DNA of 64,000 bases from contig CP075497.1 in assembly GCA_021613535.1 (NCBI GenBank), positions 10,912,001 through 10,976,000 on the forward strand, given 5' to 3'. The position numbers and the translations under genes are program-made. Position 1 is the stretch's first letter. Every line of letters begins with the position of its first letter. Shown here one piece after another: positions 27,634 through 40,400 of the stretch. The DNA comes from Adineta vaga (taxonomy: Eukaryota > Animalia > Rotifera). Below the pieces are notes generated by a model. The model had not been told where the DNA came from. It saw nothing but the letters and a program-made list of their open reading frames with translations, and searched no databases.

Positions 27634-30600
27634 ATGCCTGAACGACCATTCGATAATGATGGTAAACAACAAAACACAGAACAGTCTAACAATGATCTTG
27701 ATGAAAATTCACCAACAAATAAAAATGAACAGTCTGGTGATGAAGAAGATTACGATGAAAATCGAAACGAAGTAGCAGATGATCAAGAAGTAAGATAGAT
27801 GATGATCGAAAAATTTCGAAATTTCACTTTTTCTCTATTATTTTAGGACGATGATGATGATGAACCAACACCTGATTTTACCGATGATGATTATGGAGCA
27901 ATTTTCCCGATGATGGTAGAAATTTCTAACTTCTTGTTTTGTGTAAAAATTATATTTCGCTTTGATTTTATGTAGTTCTTTGTCCTGAATTGATGGCTGA
28001 ACGTCCACAGGAACATGAAAGTCTCAATAATATAATTGTTGTTGATAATTTACCCAAAGTTGATCCAGCAAAATTGGAAAAATTAAAAGTCGTTATTTCC
28101 AAAGTTTATAGTAAATTTGGAGTATGTCGAAATGAATACTATCCATTGGATGATGAAGGAAAAACGAAAGGGTAAAGAAATGATAATATTAATCCATATG
28201 TAATTGTTTTTATTGATTAGTTATGGATTTTTTGAATTTCAAAATGAACAGATGGCTGCAGAAGCAGTCAAACAAACGGATGGTTATCGATTAGATAAAA
28301 ATCACACTTTCTCCGTTAATTTGTTGTCTGAAGTTGAGCGGTACGAAAACTTTATCATTATAAGAAACGAAAAAATATGAAATATATTTGTATATTTTAG
28401 ATTAACACAAGTTCCACCGGAATCTGTTGAAATTGTATAATAGATACATAGATAATCTTTCTCTGTTTTTAAATAATATGTTTTTGTTTTGTCAATAGAA
28501 TAATCTTTTATCTTGGTTAACAGAATCTGATGCAGTCGATCAATTTGCTGTTCAATCGGATGATCCGAAAAAGACAACTATCTATTCCAATGCTTTATCG
28601 CAACCTATTGTTATTGAAGATAGAACTGTAAAAGATTTATTGATCGTGTACTTTGTTATCTGATGTTATTTTTCTGATTTAGAAATGGACAGAAAATAAT
28701 TTCGTTTGGTCACCAAAAGGTACTTATTTAGCATCATTTCATGAGCAAGGTATTGCTTTCTGGGGTGGCAAAGAATTTCGTCAAGTACAAAGGTACGTGT
28801 CATGTTATTACGAAATTATTCTCTTAACATTGCTGTAAATGTTATCAGAGAATGAATAGGAAAACAATGTGAAACGACAAATAATATGATTATTGTTATT
28901 CGTATAGATTTGCTCATCGTGGTGTGAATTATATTGACTTTTCACCATGCGAACGTTATTTAGTCACATTAGCACCACGACCAGGTAATCCTGATGCATT
29001 CATCGTTTGGGATGTTATTACTGGTCTAAAGAAACGTTCATTTCCAATTGATCAACATCTCCCACAAGGTCCATCTTATTTCAAGTAAATTTTATTTGTT
29101 AATTAAAATCTATAAAACAAAGAATGATGAAAAGAAAAGGCCGAGTTAAATGCATATTCTTCAATGAGTATGCCATGACATAACTGGCGAAGCGATTAAC
29201 TGACTTTGTTTTTTTTATCTATAATCTTCTTTTGAGACATAATTTACCATAAATTTTCTCATAGATGGTCATTTCAAGATCAATATTTTGCTAAACAAGG
29301 TCCTGATGGTATCTATATGTATGATACGGAAGTAAAGATTTCTGTGAATAAACAAAAATGAGATATTGAATACTTTCGTATATGATAGAGCTTCCAATTG
29401 GTCGACAAGAAACCATTTAGAATTCCATCACTTGCTGATTTTCAATGGTCACCCACGGATAATCGTATTGCCTATTGGACAGCTGAAGATGGCAATGTTC
29501 CAGCACGTTTAGTACTTGCAGAAGTCAACGGTCTTAAATTGGAAGAAATTCGATCGAAAGTATGATGTTGAAATTTCCGTTTTTTTTCTAATTTATTTTT
29601 TTTATTTTCATAGACTCTATTCAATGTTATCGATTGTAAATTAGCCTGGCAAAAACGTGGTGATTATCTTGTTGTTAAAGTCGATCGATATACGAAAAAG
29701 AGCGGTGAAAAAACTAATATAAAATATTCAGTAAATCAATTGAATTTTCTATATGTAATGATTAATTGGGAAAAAATTTTAGGGTTTAATTTATAATTTC
29801 GAAATCTTTCATATGCGTGAAAGAAATGTTCCCCTGGATACATTGGAAGTAAAAGGTATAAATTAGTAATCTGATTGAAATGAAAGATATACACATAATA
29901 TGATATCGTTTTTTTCAGAAACAGTCCAATCGTTCGCTATTGAACCAGTTGGCCATAAATTAGTTGTCATTACAGGTGAAGGTATACGAACGAATGTGAC
30001 ATTCTATAAAATGGGTCAAGGACAAAGAAGTGGAAAAATTGAAACACTCAAAGTTATGGCTCAACCAGTAACTACAGCTTATTGGGCTCCGAATGGTCAA
30101 TATGTAGTTTTAGCTGCGATGAAAACTGGGTAGATCATCAATAAATCTTTCTTCATTATCAAATTTACTTTCCTATCATTAATATCGTTTAGTTCATCGT
30201 CAACTGCTGGAGTATTAATATTCGTTGACGCTAATGATATGTCTATAATGACTAAACAAGAACATCCTGATCTGTCTGATATAGAATGGGATCCCACAGG
30301 ACGTTATGTAGCATCATCTGTCAACTTATGGAATGCTAAGGTAGATTTCTTTACTCAAATTTACAATTGAACAAACGATCTAATTATTCCAAACCTTCTA
30401 TTAGCGTGATCATTCATTTAAAATTTGGACATTCCAAGGTAACTTGGTATTTGAAAAGACTGTTGAACGATTGGTCGTATTTCATTGGCGTCCACGACCA
30501 GCATCATTGCTGTCAGAAGAAACAATCAAAGTACGTCGAATAATGGATTTTGCTTCTTGTTTTTTGACTAATGATTTGATAATATGTAGGAAGTTCGTCG

Positions 30601-30877
30601 AAATCGAAATGTATGGACACCAAAATTAGATCAACGTGATCGTATTTTACGTACCGGTGAATCAGCTAAACAACAAGAACAGCGACGAAAACAATTGGAT
30701 GAATTTCAAAAAATCAAAGAGAAAAATATCAAACGTTTGGCTATACAAAGACAACAACGAGTGGAATTACGTGGTGGTGTCGATACAGATTCATTATTTG
30801 AACAGCAACCATCGACTGTTGGCGAAGAAGTAGTAGAATTTCTTATTAAAACAGAAGAAGTCGAATACAAACCGTAG
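27634..30877 (+). CDS. EIF3B: Eukaryotic translation initiation factor 3 subunit B (apparent 1-nt frameshift near 27900)
   Basis: Acidic N-terminus, [13 protein letters not shown]...KTKGYGFFEF...[55 protein letters not shown]. Confidence 0.95.
28800..28889 (+). ncRNA. Candidate structured intronic RNA (H/ACA-like) in an EIF3B intron
   Basis: Enlarged intron (28793-28907) with hairpin 28816-28855, ANANNA (ATAGGA 28856-61), ACA at 28876 and an outer stem 28800-09/28880-89. Confidence 0.35.
29114..29212 (+). ncRNA. Box C/D guide RNA (snoRNA/scaRNA) antisense to the U2 snRNA 5' end
   Basis: 9-bp terminal stem AAAACAAAG/CTTTGTTTT, C box ATGATGA 29124-30, D box CTGA 29200-03, internal hairpin, degenerate C' ATGACAT; located in a 180-nt intron. 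Confidence 0.85.
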
Positions 30878-31058
30878 GAAAAACAGAAGAAAACAAGAAT
30901 ACTATCATTATTATTATTATTATTTTGTCTGCTAAAAGGAAACGATTTTTTCTTTGTTATATCCGTCAACATTTTTTGTTGTTATTTTGAATAAAAAAAA
31001 GAACGAGAAAAGGCTAATGATTCGAGCAGACGAAAACTATTTTTCTTCATTTCTTCAG

Positions 31059-31609
31059 ATGCCACGTGTCCAATTTATCGGACAAATCAGTTTATCATAC
31101 GGTAATACTCTACCGGAATTATGTTCGAAACTAAAAAGTTTTGGTATTGGCCGTATGTTTGTACGTACTGCTCAAGATCAAAATCGAGGTAATACTATTT
31201 TCAGTATTACATCTATTCAACTATAAAAATATGTCATTTTTTTATAGAAATATCATATGTTGTCTTAACTCAAAGTCGACCTGTGATTACGCAAACACCA
31301 CCTAAAGTAGTCACTGGTAAACTTGATGAAATAGCTGCATTAACACGAAAACCAGTCGATACGAAAAGTGAATTTTATGGTCGTATTGTTGATCGTGGTA
31401 TTTTATTAAATGGTGGTCGAGAAATGAAAATTCGTAGTGCGATTAATCCTGATTGGCGCTTGATTCGAAAAGAAGATGAAGACTATTATCGAAAGAATAC
31501 AATGAAAACACAAGAAACAACAGTTAAAAGTCAAGATAAAAAAGGAACGCATTCTTTACAAGAACATATTCCTGATATTATCAAATTTTGGACAAGAACT
31601 AACGGATAA
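31059..31609 (+). CDS. MRPS34: Mitochondrial ribosomal protein mS34 (2 exons)
   Basis: MPRVQFIG...GNTLPELCSKLKSFGIGRMFVR...SYVVLT..RP...YGRIVDRG...PDWRLIRKEDE. Confidence 0.75.
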
Positions 31610-33159
31610 AAGGAATGAATTCGTTTTGTGAACCAATAGGAAATATGGTTTGTTAGATTTGTAAAAGTTTTTCAAATAAACACAGAAAATCTACACTTCT
31701 CTTATAAAATATTTCATCACAATACATCTTTGAACTCACATAATCATCATTTATATTTTCGTAAAGTTAATGTTTAGAGAATAAAGAAGCTGAAATAATG
31801 GATTAAGTATATGAACTGTTATTAAATCATTGATTTGTCTTCTTGAATTGATTCCACATGGAAATTGTTGATTTTGTTTATCATAAATATAATCTTCTGT
31901 TGGAAATCATTTTAATCACTATTTTACATATTCTTCAACGAATTTTTTTTAATGATTTTGATGTGAGTAATCTATTAGTTGGAATCGAAGAAACATAATG
32001 TATATGATGATACATCAGATACTGTTATTTTGCTATTATTATCGCTGAATGAAAGGACTCCTAAAACCAATACAATTTTATGTGAATAAAAATGAATAAA
32101 AGATATCTCGAGCTTGATTGAAATTGTAGAGCAGTTCTGATGAAGATCTTTATGAATCTGAATTATTTATTTTCATCAGTACTTTTGTGTTAGTTGCTGA
32201 ATAAAGTAAAGATGATAAAGAAATGATTGTTTCCTCTTCCATATCAATCAAAGAATAAGTAATATCAAATGTGATCTTTAATTCTTTATGAATACCATCA
32301 TCAAGTTCTTCGAAAATTCATCGACAATAATATGCTAAAACTATCAGTTCTTAAATTTGCATACGAGATTATCAAATATATAAAGCGATTATATTTCCAT
32401 AATTAATGTGGACACTCTAGTGATGCCACTGACTATTTTGCAGTATGATACAACAAGTATCGGAATTAAAACTTCTTCTAAAACAACGCTTAAAGTTTCA
32501 TGCAAGAATAGTCATCGACTGAATGTCAGTAAAGAATGTTGGAAGTATGGTACTTATTGGTCTACACAGGTTCTTCATCTTATAAATCTACTAAAATTAT
32601 TTCCTTTTTTTGTTCTTTGACTGAACTATATTAATAATTTATGGGAATGAAAAAAGAAACCCTCAAAAAATGAACCAAATGGATTGAAGATAAGTACTTT
32701 AGATGTTCTCAGGTAATAAAAATGATCTGTTTATTTATACACTTGAAGTATGAAAGTAGCGCATCATTCCTGGAATTTTCTACTAAAATGATAAAATATT
32801 GTCATTAAAAAGATGGCAAAAAATGTATATTGATTTATATTTACTTAAGTACTCGTTTAAATTTTCCAACAAACTAAAAAAACTGTTGCTAAAAATAAAC
32901 ATAAACTTTCCGTGCTTTTGACTCATGAAAGATTATTCTGCGAAAAAACGACGCTGCCTTACATTTTTATTTCACTCACGGTGACAGGTATTTTACTTTT
33001 CTTCGACTTCTGTGCCAGTAAATTTTGCCTGTAAAAGTAATTTACGTATTGAATCTACCTGGAAGAATGAGTACATTTCACTGCAATATTGAGGAATTTT
33101 CCAACATAAATTTGAGTCATTTAACTTAACACAGATACTTTCTCACTTCCGAAAGGTGC

Positions 33160-33169
33160 TATATAAAAA
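33160..33169 (+). promoter_or_regulatory. TATA box (TATATAAAA) upstream of the TauD-family gene
   Basis: ~45 bp upstream of ATG 33205. Confidence 0.45.
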
Positions 33170-33204
33170 CCATACTTTGTTCCCTTCGTTCATAATTGAA
33201 AACG

Positions 33205-33978
33205 ATGGAATCCGATCAATGTTATATTATCGATTGTGGCAATAAAAACAGTTCGCTCTTTGCGCAACTACGAAAAGAACTCACTACCAGTGGTTATGTG
33301 AAAGTAAAATGTGAAAATCTACCCAATGGAGACTGTGATAAAGCTTGTCTTGATGTGATTACAGATATAGGTGGTATTTGTTGTCCATATGACGATGATC
33401 CAAAATCGTTGATTTGGCCTGTCAAAGTGTTGGAACTCGATACACCAGATTCGAAGTTACAAGCATTTCAGTTGGATCGAGAGTTGGTCTTCCATACTGA
33501 TTGTTCGTATGAACATGATGCACCACATTTTGTTGCTTTGTATGTGGCTCAATGTGACCGAACGAAAGATGGTGGCAAATTTCAAATGGTTAATACTCAA
33601 GAAGTTATTAATAAATTGTCTCCGACAACAAAGCGTTTATTGCGTGATGAAACATATAAAATTAATGTTCCACCAGATTTTCGGAAAGGTAATCTCGATT
33701 TCATCAGTGGACCCATTCTACTTGATGGTGATAAGTATATTCGATATAGGAGAGATATTATCGATAAGAATCACTTAAAGGAAGAATCAACAGAAAAACA
33801 AGCAGCAATAGCTGAGCTCAATTCAATCATATTAGGAGAAAATCAATTAAATGTATTTCAACCAAAACTCGAGAATAATATGATGGTATTATTTGATAAT
33901 CGTCGTTTTCTTCATGGTCGCACAAAAATTAAAGATCTTGAACGATATATCTTACGTGTTCGTTTCAATTTAACTTGA
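33205..33978 (+). CDS. TauD/TfdA (clavaminate synthase-like) Fe(II)/2-oxoglutarate dioxygenase, intronless
   Basis: FHTDCSY (HxD), DGG, FDNRRFLHGR (distal His and Arg), RYILRVRF. Confidence 0.9.
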   Translation: MESDQCYIIDCGNKNSSLFAQLRKELTTSGYVKVKCENLPNGDCDKACLDVITDIGGICCPYDDDPKSLIWPVKVLELDTPDSKLQAFQLDRELVFHTDCSYEHDAPHFVALYVAQCDRTKDGGKFQMVNTQEVINKLSPTTKRLLRDETYKINVPPDFRKGNLDFISGPILLDGDKYIRYRRDIIDKNHLKEESTEKQAAIAELNSIILGENQLNVFQPKLENNMMVLFDNRRFLHGRTKIKDLERYILRVRFNLT

Positions 33979-34448
33979 TTGAAATGATTTTTATTCTAAT
34001 CTCCAAAAACTTTTAAAGTTCATGTAAAAATAAATATTTGAGAAAATGACTCAAAAAGATGATCATTTGTTATTCTTTCCTTGTTTTGTCTATTGATTTA
34101 CAGTAGTGTACGGATATGATTAAAGACATGATACTTTCACCCACGCCCTGAGGGTTCGCGATCATGCTAGATAATCTATACGATGTTCGATAATGCACAT
34201 AATACCGACATAAACGTCTTTTATTTCTCGTTAAATAATCCCACCAAAACAAACAATACATTAAAACAATAGATCCCACAAACAAAATAAAATAACATAA
34301 AATAAACGTTTACTATAAATAATAAGAACAAAAACAAAGAAAAATACACGTTCACATCTATAGTTGACTGTATTGCACAAAAAAATACGACTCACTAAGT
34401 TAGTTTATTGTATATAGAACTAACATATTAGATCTTGAACATATTTAA

Positions 34449-37400
34449 TTATGTTCGTGATAAGATTGCTTCTTTTCCTCCATGTTTCATTAAAATATCC
34501 AAAAGTAAATTTTTCAATTGCCGATTAGTAGCATTCGTTGCACAGACGAACAACCATCGTTCAAGTGATGGCATTAGGAGATTATTACCCGATCCTGATG
34601 TAGAAAACCAACAACCATTTTCTTGTAAAGATTTAGCTAAATATAAGCATAAATCATTCCATCCATCTACATAAAGTTTCAATGCAATTGTTATATGTTC
34701 AGCATATCGTGTAGATAATATTTCTTGCAATGAACGTTGTTCGTCACTAAATGATAATAAGATCGATTCTTTTTTATATGTAATAATTTCTTGAGATAAA
34801 ACTTACGGGTTAACTTTTGTATGTTCATTAAATAACGATTGAGAAAAGAATCGTTGATGTGTTGAAGGTGATGGTGATGGATTTATTGAACTTTTTCGTT
34901 GAATAGGTGATGGTGAAGTTGGTGTTTCAGCTTTACGAACTGTTTTGTAATCATTCAAAACTCGACAGATCATTTCTTGATTGACAATAAAATATTCGAT
35001 TTCATTTTCTGATACAGAAGATCGTCTGGAAATGATTGGTGTTGATGATGGCGGTAAAAACTTATCAATTAAATCTTGATCTGCTCGTAAAAGATACAAA
35101 CCACATTGATCCGTCTTGAAGAGAAAAAGAAAACAACTAGAAAAATTTCCATTCATTATGATATATTACTTCAAGATGTGTTTCAAGTCGATTACAACCG
35201 GTAAAAAGAAGATCAGCAATACCATCACTGATCATTTTCAATAATTCAATATAATTATACGATGAAGTATCAAGTGATGTTGCGAATCGACTAAAAAATC
35301 CAACTTGTTTTTCAATATTTCCAACTATTGGCTGTTTTGGTGATGATGTTTCTGGAAATGATTCATAGGCATCTGTATTTTTAAGTATTTGTTCATCATT
35401 TTCCTAGAAAAATATAAATTTTAATATTAAATAATTGATTTTATCAATTTTACTTGTTGTAGATTTGAATTAGCTGAATCAATTGATTGTTTTACCAATT
35501 CATCTTTGATTCCACACATTAAATAATCCACAAGATATTGAAATGCAATTCGTTTCATATGTTGAAATGTAACAGCTGGTGGATCAAATGCAAATAATTG
35601 TTGTAAAATACTTTTCAAACCGAAAATATTCGTTGTTACATCAAATCGTTCAGCTAAATCAATTGTTTGACTTAAACATGGAATTAATTCAGACCAATTC
35701 AATTCACCAACGATATGAATTAATTGTAGATGAAAATAATTCAAATAGACAAATGTTTTCATTTGAATTTCATGTGGACTTGGATCATTTGCTGGAATTG
35801 TTGGTTCTGTTCGAAATGTAAATCGAAAGATTTTTCCTTCAGGAACTTTGATATGTTGTTGCTGTTGATGTTCATTGAAAATTTGTTGACAAAGTGAAAA
35901 AATTGAATGATCACCATTGGCGATTCCATATGATGATGAAGAAGAATTGGCATCATTTTGAATATAAACACGTACATTACGAAGAAGATCTTCAGGTGAT
36001 GAAATCAGAAATTCATAGATTAAATATTCCGTTGGTAGAGATGTGAGTAATAACGCATGTTGAAGATTATCCACGCAGATAGATCGAAGTGTTTGATCGA
36101 ATTTATGCGAAATATTCGTTAGAAGATGTTTAATACATGATAAACCTAGAGATAGTTGAAATTAAGATACTGTACTTCCTAAGAACAACGAAACTTACCA
36201 AGTCGACCAACATATTCATTAGCTACACAAAGCCAATCAATCATCAATGATTGAAAACAATCAAATAGAATATGATGATATTCTTCAAATTCTTTTGCCA
36301 TTTCAAATATATACAAAATATGTTCAAGTAAATTGCCCAGAAATAAACGCCAAGCTGTAATATTCATAAATGTCGAATTTTGTCGTTGTGCATGTCGTCG
36401 AAAAATCGTCAGTTTTCTTAATGATGAAGTCATTTTTAAAAAATTTGAGCAAACAAATGATTGTAACCATGGAATAATGACACAACAAATGAGATAAATA
36501 GAAAATCGATGACCAACACTATCATAGGTTAATTTTAATATATGAAAATATTGATCGATGATTTTAATATGATAATGATTTGAACAGGAAAATATCGTAT
36601 CAGTAAGACCTTCGATCATATATGACCAAACATTGAGAAGATGTGTTGTATTATCAATAAGATCAAGATCATCGGATAATTGTCGCATATAACCAACAAG
36701 TTTCAATTCAAATGAACGGAGAATTGTTTCAGATGATATTGACGGATCAAGATAAGAAAAAAATGAAGGTGAAAAATTTGAAAATGACGAATAAGTAAAT
36801 GAAGTAGATTCAAATTGTCGAGTACTAAAATAATATCTTGGCATAAACATCTATTCAGATATTCTACAAAAATCAAATTTACCGTTTTTTCGTTGCAAAA
36901 ACATGATCTGTTGACGTAACATAACAATGTACAAAAATCGTTGTAAATTTTTGAATCATATTTAGAGCTGGCATAACCAATTCGATTTGATTATGTTCTT
37001 CATCATTTTCATCAAAACTATCATCAAATGGACTGTTTATCATAGGTGTGAATGGCTCTAGAACAATACGTTAGATTACTTATTCAATCCCTCAATCAGA
37101 AGATTCATTACCTGGTTCACGCAAATAACAAAATAAACATTGAAGACAATCAACGGATGCTTGAGATATAACATTGAGATTTTCACATGAAAAAAAAGCT
37201 TCAAGAACTTCTAGAATAGCATTGACTCGGTATAATTCTACACCTGCTTGTTCTGTTTCATCTTCATCGGTTCTATTTTCTTTTGATGTCGAATTTTTCG
37301 ATCCAATCGAACGACGATGTTGCTCAATTTTAACCGTTTTCAAACAAGCAAATATCGAACGCCAACCAGACATAATTGCATTAGTATTTAATTCTACTAA

Positions 37401-40400
37401 TTCACATATTGAATTGACAATCTATCGAATAAAACGAAATATTCAATGATCATACTGTTTAGGTTTTCGTCTTCTTTATGAAATCTACCTGATTTTCAAC
37501 AATACTATCACATTGTTCAGTACAAATTAAATGTTCAAATGGTTTGAAAAATGTTTCATTCAATTGAAAATGAGGATATTCAGGACGAACTGAAAGCCAT
37601 GAACGTAAATCTCGATGCATATGAGAAATCGTTCGTTTTGCTAATTGAATATCTCGATGTGTTGCTCCCTGAAAAATACACGATTATTTTTCTCTTCTTC
37701 TTCTTCTTTATCATCAAGTTACTTGAATAAATAATTGAGAGACACAACTCCATACTTTACAAACATGATAACGTGGTCGAAGTGATGCAATAGTTCCTAG
37801 AGAAAGACGGAGAGGAAATACAAAAAATTGTTTTTTCTTCTCTCGTAGAATAAATCAATTCGAATAGGTTTACCTAATGTCATATCACCAATTCTTTCGA
37901 TGACTACATGCATAGGAAAGAGATTTTGTGGTAATAATGGTGAAATATCAGAAGTTCGTTTTGATACGGGTGTTTCAGTTAATAAACGAATTTGTTCGAA
38001 AAATTCAAGTAAAGACTCAAGATCAAGATGACGAACAGCAAGTTCATATAATCTATAGAAAAAATTATCAATAACCCGTAAGAGAATTAAAGAAATCTTA
38101 CTTGTCTGATCGACATGATAATGCTTGAAGAATATTTGCACATGATTTATCATGTATATGACCAGTTTTATCAATATTTGATAATTGAAGAAGAGATGAA
38201 GTTGACGAATCATTTGAAGATGATGAAGCACTACAAAAACAAAACCCTTCCTTCACATTGATTTCTATCGAAAATATTCACTTACTTTCCATTACTTAAT
38301 TCATATGAAACATGTCCATGTTGATGAAGTGTTAAATCAAGTTTGTCTTTCGGTGGACAACATTGCATTTCCAACAGAGATAAATGAACACAACATCTAA
38401 ATATTACATTCGACACTTTCCTCGATAAATCAATACCACAACATACCGTAAAATATGTTTATAAGTAATATTTGGACAATTATTGATATCATTCATATAT
38501 AATTGAAGAATAAAATTAATTGCCATAACATCAAGATAATGTAAACGAGCTTGTTTTGTAAATATTTTTCTTTGATTATCCATAATCCAACCTTGTTCAA
38601 TTGTACTAACCACACAATGCAAAACATAACAAGCATTATTTGGTAATCCTTTAACATATGAAATTGATAATTATCTATTTCAAATAATAAAATGTCATCT
38701 AACATACCGACAGTAACTGCTAATTGAAAAACTAATTTTAAACCTTGAAAAACTAATTCATGTGTTTCAATGAATTTTTCACTGATCGTATTCGATAAAA
38801 CTAAATTTGATGAGGTAAGATCTGCATCCATTGAATGGTTTTTTGTTAACATCGGTGTCAATGCACCTAACAATGCACTCCAACACATTTGAACCAATCG
38901 ATGACAAACCGAAAGTGCTAATCAAACATGTGAATATTATGATAATCTTCTGTTCTTTTGTTTTTCTTCTTCTAATAGAAAGTTTCATACCTGTTAGATG
39001 TGCATCATGTTTTGATGTAGAATCGTCTATTGCTTGTTTAATTGATCGAATATTAAACGGACGAATATCTATTGGAAAAAACATCATTTTTCTAAAATAT
39101 TTCATTTCAATTTCCTTTCATTACCTATAAACATCTGATGAAGAACACTTTTGAATTGATCAGAAACGTTTTCGAAAACATTAAATTGCTCAAAATAAAC
39201 ATCATATAACGTATCCATCCAATCAGGTTCAATACAAAGCATTAAACCACTATTCATTATATCAGTAATAAATGCGCTCTTGAAAAACAAATAAATAAAT
39301 AAATAAATGAAAAGTTATGCGAATTAAATTACTTTGGAAATCGTTGTTGGAATATTTGAATCGAATAATTGTTGAAATTGTCGTCGACAACAGAACCATA
39401 AGAACCAAATTGTTGTAGCGTAGATTCCATCAGGATTCGTGACGATTGTTGTTGATGTATCCGATGAAAAGGACATTTTCAATGAATATTCTATTCACAT
39501 AAAACATTGAATTGTTAAGTACAAAAATCTTACAGATAACTTTACCATTGCTAACGAATGATGAAAATTGCAATAGAGCATCATCAAAATCGGAGACAGT
39601 TGTTATATGTTGTTGATCACTTGTTTTCAATAGAATTTTCAAATGTTGAATATAGAATTGTACTTTATCCAATGTTGTTGAATCAGATGTTAAATTAATT
39701 TCAGTTTCAACTTCATTTCTATTGCTATTGTTAGGTTTTATCAAATGTAGAAGATTATTTGTATCAATAAATAATGGAATAATAGGATAACCAAATTTCT
39801 TGTAAACTTTTCGAATAGCTTGTTCTTCATCAGTATCAAAAAAGACTGCTTCATTACTGAACTTTATCAATTGTTCGAGACAATGATTCAAACATAGATA
39901 CGCATTGTTTACTAAAATTCGATCATCCGATGAGGAGCATTCGGAAATAATTGAAATGATTCTAGAAAATCAATCGCATCGTTATCTGTAATAGACAAGT
40001 CAAGAGAAACGTACTTTCGAAATAAACTCAAATCAGAATCATTCGTTGCTTCAGTAGAATGAATCCAAGGTGGTGAAATCAATGATATTAATGATCGACT
40101 TGTAATAACCTATTTATCAATAATAAGAGAGAATACAAGTCAACGTTTGTTTTTTAAATAGTTTCTTACTTCATTTAAGACGATCAATAAATCTAATCGT
40201 TCATTTGTACTTTGAGATAAACATAAACGTTGAAATAAAGTTTCACTAACAGATCGTAATGAACCAATAGGTGCAATAAAACAAATGAGATTTAGAATAA
40301 TTCTAATAAAATTCAAATATAAATCAATTGTATTAAAGAAAACAATATTTTTACCGATAAACAGTTCGTCGAAGATGTGGATCAGATGCATTATTTTTCA

